From a virus, in IMG/VR virus record IMGVR_UViG_3300002026_000001, positions 68,837 to 132,836 of that record: a stretch of DNA of 64,000 bases. One strand, written 5' to 3'. Within the stretch, counting starts at the first letter, position 1. Each line of letters starts with the position of its first letter. Made by a program: the position numbers and the translations under genes. Below the pieces are notes generated by a model. The model was not told the DNA's origin, did not search any database, and saw only the letters and a program-made list of their open reading frames with translations. Below, in pieces: positions 57,172 to 64,000 of the stretch.

Positions 57172-58620
57172 TTAGAACGGGATGTCATCGTCGTCATCGT
57201 CATCATCGTTGCTGCGACGTGCTTTCTTGGCAGGTGCTTTCTTGGCAGGTGCTTTTGCCGGTGGCTTCTTTGCACCACGCTTCGGCGGAGGCGGGGTGTC
57301 ATCGTCGTCATCGTCGTCGTCACCATCTTCGTCGTCACCATCTTCGTCGTCATCGTCGTCATCGTCGTCAGACGAGCGACCACGTTTTGCCGGTGCTTTC
57401 TTCGCAGGTGCTTTCTTTGCACCACGCTTCGGCGGTGGGGTGTCGTCATCTTCATCATCATCGTCACCGTCACCATCATCATCGTCACCGTCATCGTCGT
57501 CATCGTCATCATCATCAGACGCGCGACCACGTTTTGCCGGTGCTTTCTTCGAGCCACGCTTCGGCGGTGGGGTGTCGTCGTCGTCACCGTCGTCGTCACC
57601 GTCGTCATCATCGCCTAGACCATCATCGTCATCATCGTCATCATCGTCATCATCGTCATCATCGTCATCCGACGGGCGACCACGCTTGGCAGGTGCTTTC
57701 TTGGCGGCTGGCTTTTTCTTCCCACGCGGAGTGTCATCATCATCGTCACCGTCATCGTCGTCGTCACCATCATCGTCATCGTCATCGTCAACGAAGCTGG
57801 TCTTTTTCTTGGCGGCTGGCTTTTTCTTACCACCCTTGCCGAGCGCGTCATCATCGCCGTCGCCGTCGTCACCACCAAACTCTTCGCTGCCGACAATTTG
57901 CATGCGGCCAAGTTCTTTCTTGGCTTCAGCATAACTTTCAAGGCCCATCTGAGTCAGCAGAGCCTCGGTGAATTCATACGTCAGGTACGACAATTCTTCT
58001 TCGGTCAGCGGGGTCTTCTCAGCCATGTTGACCTGATACTTTTCCGGCCCCTTGGCGTTTTCATCGTACTTGATGTTGAGGTCAACACCAAAGCGTACGT
58101 GATTGACGTCGTACTTCGCGCCCTTCTTGAGAACACCCTTGATCTTGACGTTGTGCTTGTTCAGGTCTTTGAGTTCCTGAACCTTGCGCATCAGCGTAGG
58201 TGTCATACGCATTGCGCGAACCGGCGTCCACGACTCGCTCGTGGGGTCTTTGAAGCCGCTGGCTTTTTCTTCCTTGGTGATACGAATCTTGCTTGGTGCA
58301 TCGTCCTGCAAAGAGCGAACGATAACGTTTGCCAAGTAGCTGACGCTGTCTTGGGCCTCGATGTCATCGTATGGGCATTTCGCGCCTTTGCGAACGCCTT
58401 CGGTCACCGGGTCAAACGACAAGCAGAGCTTCGGGATGCGAATCTCACGCTTCGTCTTCGTCGTTATGATGTTGATCCAGTGAGTCTTGTAACTGAAAAT
58501 GTCGTTGGGAAGAATGCGAATCTGCACCCACTTGTTGTTCGGAAGCTTAACGCAATCCAACAAGTCTTCCAGACGTGCGTGTTCTCCACGCGTTGATGGT
58601 TTGGCATCACCTAACTTCAT
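57172..58620 (-). CDS. ssb: Single-stranded DNA-binding protein with a very long acidic/basic tail
   Basis: gp32-like WVQIRILP..HW..C..CP..Y(L)ANV core; tail of poly-Asp and PAKKAP repeats ending DDDIPF (the bacterial SSB C-tip). Neighbours recA. Confidence 0.7.
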   Translation of the reverse strand: MKLGDAKPSTRGEHARLEDLLDCVKLPNNKWVQIRILPNDIFSYKTHWINIITTKTKREIRIPKLCLSFDPVTEGVRKGAKCPYDDIEAQDSVSYLANVIVRSLQDDAPSKIRITKEEKASGFKDPTSESWTPVRAMRMTPTLMRKVQELKDLNKHNVKIKGVLKKGAKYDVNHVRFGVDLNIKYDENAKGPEKYQVNMAEKTPLTEEELSYLTYEFTEALLTQMGLESYAEAKKELGRMQIVGSEEFGGDDGDGDDDALGKGGKKKPAAKKKTSFVDDDDDDDGDDDDDGDDDDDTPRGKKKPAAKKAPAKRGRPSDDDDDDDDDDDDDDDDGLGDDDDGDDDGDDDDTPPPKRGSKKAPAKRGRASDDDDDDDDDGDDDDGDGDDDDEDDDTPPPKRGAKKAPAKKAPAKRGRSSDDDDDDDDEDGDDEDGDDDDDDDDTPPPPKRGAKKPPAKAPAKKAPAKKARRSNDDDDDDDDIPF

Positions 58621-58665
58621 GTGCTACTCCTTGTGTTTGTTGAACTTGGACACTACCTTGTGTTT

Positions 58666-59790
58666 TTACAGTTTACTCTTTTGAGACCTTGTCGACCTGT
58701 TCGGCCCGAACTGCTTTGGATAAAAGCCACGCTGACGTTTCATTGTCTGTGCCATCCGTATTTTTTCCTTCCGCGATATGTACTCTTCAAGGTCCAAGTA
58801 CAAACGCGCCAAACCAAACTTGTCCGCGCACTTAATGAGATACGCGGTGTCTTCAGAACTACGCCGTGCAACTACGTCATCTTCAATACTCCCGTTCCCA
58901 ATCAAAAGGTCGCCAAAGGACGTTTCAGAATCCGAGTCCAGCATTTCGTTCAACGAGACACTGAAGTTGACGTGGGTCGCCTTCGTCCCTTGAACTGCTT
59001 TCTTCTGCGTCTGCGGGATCAGGTAGGCAACTCCATACTCATGACCATAATCCGCATTCTGATACGTCAGAGAATTAAGCACCCAATAGTTTATGTAGCT
59101 CGTGAGTGCGCCCTTGCTGCTATCATACTTGTCGATTGCCTTCGTTATTGCAGCCATCAGACTTTGTGAGACGTCATCAAAGTCGATTGTTTCTCCCTTG
59201 TCTTTACAGTATGCGTGGGCTTGCTTATAGGCATGCTTGATATACTGCTCGACAATTCCATTTCTGAATTCGTAAGCCAACTCAACGTACTTGGAACACC
59301 TGTTGATGGATTGGAAAAGCGACCCTCTGGAAAAGCATAAGGTCCGCTCGATTGCAAGAAGCCGTTTATCCAACGTCGTTTTTTCGATGTGCTTTGTCGA
59401 CGTCAGGTATCTGGTATACAGGTCAACGTATCCAGAGGCCATGCGTAGGAAATTTACGAGGAAGTTGTAGATGAACCCGCGCTCAATCTTTGCGCTAGAG
59501 ATACACTCAACCTTCAGATCGACGTCAGACGTCGTGAGTGCCGTGCAAAGCTTGTTGATAAACTCCTCACGCGGAAGAGAGGAAATTTTCCTCTTTTTAT
59601 TTGTTGACGCTACGCATAGTAGGTGCGTCAACTGGACGTCAAAGACTGTGCTGTGCCGAACGATTGGTTCTAGACCTGCGTAGATCAGGAAGTCCAAGAC
59701 CTCCTGAATCTGGCCACCAGTCAGTGAATGACCTAGCTTGTTTAAATCGTGTCTGGTTTCTACGCCAGTTGTGACTGGTGCCGACGACAT
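58666..59790 (-). CDS. Sigma-70-family RNA polymerase sigma factor
   Basis: Region 2 DFDDVSQSLMAAITKAIDKYDSSKGALTSYINYWV; region 3 VSLNEMLD...SFGDLL. Confidence 0.85.
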   Translation of the reverse strand: MSSAPVTTGVETRHDLNKLGHSLTGGQIQEVLDFLIYAGLEPIVRHSTVFDVQLTHLLCVASTNKKRKISSLPREEFINKLCTALTTSDVDLKVECISSAKIERGFIYNFLVNFLRMASGYVDLYTRYLTSTKHIEKTTLDKRLLAIERTLCFSRGSLFQSINRCSKYVELAYEFRNGIVEQYIKHAYKQAHAYCKDKGETIDFDDVSQSLMAAITKAIDKYDSSKGALTSYINYWVLNSLTYQNADYGHEYGVAYLIPQTQKKAVQGTKATHVNFSVSLNEMLDSDSETSFGDLLIGNGSIEDDVVARRSSEDTAYLIKCADKFGLARLYLDLEEYISRKEKIRMAQTMKRQRGFYPKQFGPNRSTRSQKSKL

Positions 59791-59804
59791 AAACGTTCTC
59801 CACG

Positions 59805-60374
59805 TTACATTTTGTGTTCAACCAACGTATCGGTCACTGCGACAAGGTGTTTGCACAGGCCGGGGTGGTTGCTTGGGTTTGTTTGAACAGCCGGTTCGCC
59901 GTTGCTGTACTTGATGACCGAACTTCCCCAATGAGAGTTTGCATACTCCCACATATACAGGAAGTTGTCACAAGAGCATGAAACGAGAACGTGCTTCTGC
60001 TTCAGCACCGGGATGTCAGCCTCTTTGCCAACGATTGTCGTGTCGTAAAGAACGCGACGCTTGTTTGAGACTGAAAGCACCTTTGCACGGAAGGCCGGTA
60101 GACCACCTTTGGTCGTCGCTGGCTTCAATGCTTTGACAATAACGTCACGCGCATTGTTCTTGATGTAAGGCGGAGTTGAACGATACAACTGCTTCAGACT
60201 CAAACCGCTCAACGTGTCTTTGACGCGAGGCATCGGAGCCTTGTGGGCCTTTTCATTCTCACGTGCAGCACGTGCTTTCTCTCGCGTGACTTGCAACGCT
60301 GTCTTTTTTGGTGCTGGTGGTTTGGGTTTGGTGGTTGTCTGGAAACGTCCACCGACCAGTTTAATCTTTGCCAT
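59805..60374 (-). CDS. SWIM zinc-finger protein
   Basis: VSCSCDNF...LCKHLVAV. Confidence 0.75.
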   Translation of the reverse strand: MAKIKLVGGRFQTTTKPKPPAPKKTALQVTREKARAARENEKAHKAPMPRVKDTLSGLSLKQLYRSTPPYIKNNARDVIVKALKPATTKGGLPAFRAKVLSVSNKRRVLYDTTIVGKEADIPVLKQKHVLVSCSCDNFLYMWEYANSHWGSSVIKYSNGEPAVQTNPSNHPGLCKHLVAVTDTLVEHKM

Positions 60375-60412
60375 GACTTTGCTCCTAATGTGATTGCAAG
60401 CGTTGTCTTATG

Positions 60413-61333
60413 TCACTTATGTTTTGCATTGTTAGATATTGCTTTTACAGTATTTGGCCCATGCCCTTCGAGATAGGTTTCGAGAACCTCGTTGATTAGT
60501 GGGACAAGCTTATTGGTGAAACAAACCGCTTCTATCGGACAGCCGTCAAACCCCTGAAGATGTTCAACGTAAAATTCACGCGTCTTGCACGCACGTGTCT
60601 TTATCAAATAATCCATTTGGTCGAAATCGCTCAGATTAAGGACTGTCTCGTACTGCGTGTCGTACTTCTTAATCTTCTTCAGAATGCGTTGCTTTTGTTC
60701 CGCGCCCAACTCTTCACCATAGACTGCAACACGATCAGGATCGTCACGTGGAGCATAGAGCAGCATCCATCCAGCGATCTCAATGTCGTACATGAGTTCT
60801 ATCAACGCACAGTAACTCATGATCTGCGCTTCATTCTTTGCATAGGGAAGAGTTGGTTCTCGACGTTGACTGCCAACAACTCTCATTGATGACGTCTTAT
60901 AGTCGATAACCCAATAACGGCCGTCGAGTGATTTGTAAACTCCATCAAGGTGGCCGGTGACGTGCTTGAACGCCTTGACCGTGAATTCCTCGTAGAGCAT
61001 TTCGTGTTTGCACTTTGGACAGCGGTGCTTGTTGCTGAAGTGGACGACGTGTTTGCATTTAGGGTTTCTGCACTTCCAGTCACCGTAGATTCGCCCACCG
61101 ACGCCAAGCCACCTTTGAAACACGGCGTGTGCAGCGGTCCCGACGTCACAGTAGTAGCTCTTGAGCGCGTGGTCAGAATCGTGATTTACAAACGTGATTT
61201 TCTCATAGGCGTGTTTCAACCCGCAATATGGAAATCCCGAAACCCGCAACTTCCGCTCGAACGGAACTAGGTCTTTCAAAGGCTTTTTCAAAGACGTCCT
61301 GAAATATTTTGTGAGTTCTTGTGTGGGGACCAT
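60413..61333 (-). CDS. Cas4/RecB-like PD-(D/E)XK exonuclease
   Basis: PYCG, GTAAH, GHLDG, VIDYKT, QIMSY, C-terminal C...C Fe-S/Zn ligands. Confidence 0.8.
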   Translation of the reverse strand: MVPTQELTKYFRTSLKKPLKDLVPFERKLRVSGFPYCGLKHAYEKITFVNHDSDHALKSYYCDVGTAAHAVFQRWLGVGGRIYGDWKCRNPKCKHVVHFSNKHRCPKCKHEMLYEEFTVKAFKHVTGHLDGVYKSLDGRYWVIDYKTSSMRVVGSQRREPTLPYAKNEAQIMSYCALIELMYDIEIAGWMLLYAPRDDPDRVAVYGEELGAEQKQRILKKIKKYDTQYETVLNLSDFDQMDYLIKTRACKTREFYVEHLQGFDGCPIEAVCFTNKLVPLINEVLETYLEGHGPNTVKAISNNAKHK

Positions 61334-61359
61334 GACAGCCTTTACTGTAAATACGGTTG

Positions 61360-61809
61360 ATGAATCAAATTACAATCGGAGGCCGTATGGCAATCGTTGA
61401 GAAAGACGTTGTAGGCACGTTGAGCATTTCTAAATCAAGTGATGGTCTTGTCAACATAACGATCAAGGACAATAAGTCAAACATCAACTTTGTAAGGGTT
61501 TCGATAAAGCCGACTGACTTTGCTGATGCACTGTTTGGTCTCCACGGGCGTCCGGCCAAAATCAAGGTTCAAGGTCTTCGACACGTTGGGAAGAGGAAAG
61601 AGACAGAGCCAGCTTGTGTCACGGTTGGCGAACGTGTTTTGAAAAAGGCCGGGATAAATATCTACGACCGCGACTCTCTCGAAATGTTCTTGTTGGAAAA
61701 CCACCAACGCGAAGGTTGGTTCCTCGCATCACATCTAGGAAGTAAGGATAGCGTCCAGACTGAGGGGAAAACACTACACCTTTATTTTCACTATTTCAGG
61801 TACGTGTAA
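61360..61809 (+). CDS. Hypothetical protein
   Basis: 150 aa; first gene of the divergent plus-strand unit. Confidence 0.55.
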   Translation: MNQITIGGRMAIVEKDVVGTLSISKSSDGLVNITIKDNKSNINFVRVSIKPTDFADALFGLHGRPAKIKVQGLRHVGKRKETEPACVTVGERVLKKAGINIYDRDSLEMFLLENHQREGWFLASHLGSKDSVQTEGKTLHLYFHYFRYV

Positions 61810-62816
61810 TGGCAAACAGTGAACTCGACAATTTTGGAATCATCAAAGAGCAGTTGAGTATTTTCGGTGGACGACAGAAACCAGCCGGTGAATGGAGAAT
61901 GGTTGTCTGCCCATTCCACAACGACCGTGGACCATCGTGCGGTGTCTACATGCGCCGCGATGACACGAAAAAGAAGTTGGGGTTTTTCAACTGCTTGGGT
62001 TGTGGGACACACGGTCCTTGGAACGTGTTTGCCGAAAAGACTGGACTACAGCAGATCAAAGAGTGGAACAGCGCGGAAAGGAAAGTTGAGTACGACGTCA
62101 GCAACGACGACACTGCGCTTCTCAGTGACTCAGGCTTGACAATGCGTGCTGTGTATAAGGCTATGAACTGTCCTGAAGCACAGCCTTGGCCGGTTGAACT
62201 AGATTGGCGCGGAATCAAGGGCGCACTGATTTCGGCAGTCGGCGGTCGAGTCGTCAACGACGAATACAACGACAGTCTCGCTGTCCTGTTCCCTATCAAA
62301 ATGGGGCGAAAGATTCGCGGTGCAGTCAAGGCCGTCTACCAGAAGAAGACCAAAGAACAACTCGGCTACATAACAATGAATGGCGAGTGGGTCTCTCAGT
62401 ATGGACTGTTCCCCTACGACTACACTTCGCAGTTGATACGGCGCATGGGCTACAACTTCATAATCCTTGTTGAAGGTCCGCGAGACGCTTTGAGATTGCT
62501 GAAGATGGGACTACCGGCATTGGCCGTGCTAGGTGCGAACACAATCGGCAAGACCAAAATGTTGTATGTCAAGAACTTGGGCGTTGAGAACATCTACGTC
62601 ATGCCGGACAACGACAATGGTGGTACGAAGCTGTGGCAGAATATCAAACAGAAGTTGAATGGCGATGTGAAGTCACGTAGGTTGAAGTTGCCAGTTGAGC
62701 GTGACGAAAACAACAAGATCATTAAAATGGACCCTTTTTCTGCGCCCTATTCTGTAATGAAAGAGGTGAAAATTTTGATGACTGAACGTCACGGTTGGGT
62801 TAAGGAAGGCCAATGA
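61809..62816 (+). CDS. DNA primase (DnaG-like)
   Basis: Zinc finger CPFHND...FNCLGC; TOPRIM ILVEGPRDAL and MPDNDNGG. Confidence 0.9.
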   Translation: MANSELDNFGIIKEQLSIFGGRQKPAGEWRMVVCPFHNDRGPSCGVYMRRDDTKKKLGFFNCLGCGTHGPWNVFAEKTGLQQIKEWNSAERKVEYDVSNDDTALLSDSGLTMRAVYKAMNCPEAQPWPVELDWRGIKGALISAVGGRVVNDEYNDSLAVLFPIKMGRKIRGAVKAVYQKKTKEQLGYITMNGEWVSQYGLFPYDYTSQLIRRMGYNFIILVEGPRDALRLLKMGLPALAVLGANTIGKTKMLYVKNLGVENIYVMPDNDNGGTKLWQNIKQKLNGDVKSRRLKLPVERDENNKIIKMDPFSAPYSVMKEVKILMTERHGWVKEGQ

Positions 62817-63319
62817 AAACGTTAAAAGGACTAACTCAAAGTCAACTTAAAAGTCAACTGCATTATAATCCAAGAACCGGAGTATTTAAGCGTCTTGTCG
62901 ACAGGCCAGCAAACGGAATAGTTGCTGGTGATATTGCTGGTCATTTAAAATCTGACGGCTATGTTGTGATAAGCGTATTTGGAAAGAAATATCGTGCACA
63001 CAGGTTGGCATTTCTGTATATGTTGGGCAGGTGGCCAAAACATCTAGTTGACCACAGAGACCGTAACAAGTCTAACAACCGGTGGAATAATATAAGGGAT
63101 GCGACTTCTGCGGAAAACGGTAAAAACCAACTAGCCCACAGTTCAAACACTTCTGGATACAAGGGTGTTTCTAAAAGGACTGGGCGGGAAAATTGGATTG
63201 CACGTGCTGCACACAACAAAGAGCGCATTCACTTAGGAAGTTTTCCAACTCCAGAACTTGCAAACGAAGCGTACATAAACTTCACGAAGAAGCTGCATGG
63301 TGATTTTTATGCAAAATGA
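62813..63319 (+). CDS. HNH homing endonuclease with an AP2-like C-terminus
   Basis: HRLAFLY, VDHRDRNKSNNRWNNIR, NTSGYKGVS, HLGSF...A..AY; AT-richer than its neighbours by eye. Confidence 0.88.
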   Translation: MKTLKGLTQSQLKSQLHYNPRTGVFKRLVDRPANGIVAGDIAGHLKSDGYVVISVFGKKYRAHRLAFLYMLGRWPKHLVDHRDRNKSNNRWNNIRDATSAENGKNQLAHSSNTSGYKGVSKRTGRENWIARAAHNKERIHLGSFPTPELANEAYINFTKKLHGDFYAK

Positions 63320-63367
63320 CTCCTCGGTGCTGCGCGAAGTTCGGGAATTGATGCGTAGCAGACATGG

Positions 63368-63769
63368 TTGGGAAAGAGAAAGGGCTTTGACATGAACGAG
63401 AATGCTGATAAAGAACAAAGTGGTGAAGATCAAGGTGACGAAATCCTTGAAGAGTTTGTCAATCCAATGAGTCAGGTTTACTTCCGTGCTGGTCTGCTGG
63501 TTATGCGAGAACTTATTGCCAGAGAAATGGGTCGCGGCACGATGGTCGACTCAAGCGTACGGAAGTTTTGGATTCACGAACTTTGTCCGGACCCCGGACA
63601 ACCTAGAAGGATGGATTGGGCAGAACTCACAGTTGAAAAAGGTGATGGTTGGGACGTCAACCCGAACCTGACAGCCGAAACAGAAGCACTGCCCGTCGCG
63701 TTCAACTACGTTGAAAGCCTTGAGCAACTACGTGGAGCAGGGAATGAAATCAAAAACCCCGAAGGTTAA
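63368..63769 (+). CDS. Hypothetical protein
   Basis: 133-aa ORF. Confidence 0.5.
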   Translation: MGKRKGFDMNENADKEQSGEDQGDEILEEFVNPMSQVYFRAGLLVMRELIAREMGRGTMVDSSVRKFWIHELCPDPGQPRRMDWAELTVEKGDGWDVNPNLTAETEALPVAFNYVESLEQLRGAGNEIKNPEG

Positions 63770-64000
63770 AATCAAAACGCACGTCGACAACACTGAGCCT
63801 AGAAACAGGCGTGAGATTCTGGTGTTTGGGTCAAACATGGGTGGCATTCATGGGGGCGGAGCGGCGCGACTTGCGTACGATAAATACGGAGCCGTGTGGG
63901 GTGATCCTGAAGGTCTGAGAGGACGGTCCTATGCCATCCCAACAAAAAACCGTTCTATAACCAGAACGTTGTCGCTCGACAAGATTTACCGTGGCATCAG
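63744..64000 (+). CDS. Macro-like phage protein (partial, runs off the right edge)
   Basis: ILVFGSNMGGIHGGGAARLAY...G.G..GRSYAIPTK motif. Confidence 0.65.
   Translation, partial: MKSKTPKVKIKTHVDNTEPRNRREILVFGSNMGGIHGGGAARLAYDKYGAVWGDPEGLRGRSYAIPTKNRSITRTLSLDKIYRGI

Larger units (their letters stand above)
28839..61352. promoter_or_regulatory. Recurrent upstream motif AACTGTAAA(T) (candidate phage promoter, 7 copies across this span)
   Basis: Sense-strand copies at 28839-47, 31120-28, 49932-40, 51030-38, 52835-43 and 58665-73 (minus), plus a core-only copy ACTGTAAAT at 61344-52 (plus); each lies 7-60 nt before a start codon. Confidence 0.6.

Noticed and set aside
57135-57971. Long plus-strand ORFs rich in His/Arg/Ser (also 48601..49226)
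   Set aside because: These are shadow frames of the low-complexity minus-strand genes, with no independent start signals.
60413-61333. Cas4-like nuclease as part of a CRISPR-Cas system
   Set aside because: There are no cas1/cas2 genes or array in the window; stand-alone Cas4-like exonucleases are common in phage replication modules.

Overview
This 64 kb window looks like part of a large lytic (jumbo-type) tailed phage genome, not a bacterial chromosome. Genes are densely packed and almost all on the minus strand; only the last ~2.7 kb and one nested endonuclease are on the plus strand. From left to right it contains: (i) a signalling/counter-defence block with a multi-PAS sensor running off the left edge, an NAD-dependent ligase, an HD-GYP phosphodiesterase and an Acb1-like 2H phosphodiesterase; (ii) packaging genes, namely a probable portal with a LAGLIDADG intein and the large terminase; (iii) replication/transcription genes including a DnaB helicase, two sigma-like factors, GyrA/GyrB-type topoisomerase and a DNA methyltransferase; (iv) an accessory and RNA-rich region (~38-48 kb); (v) low-complexity charged proteins, a RecA-like recombinase, an SSB ending in DDDIPF, a Cas4-like nuclease and a primase. 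The RNA-rich region holds tRNA-Thr, tRNA-Ser, tRNA fragments, two oversized tRNA-like RNAs, a circularly permuted two-piece tmRNA (tag ANDSQFRAAA) and a group I intron core with no visible host gene. The recA gene is fractured into two genes by a split intein, with an endonuclease nested between them on the opposite strand. All calls come from reading motifs by eye; no database searches or folding programs were run.
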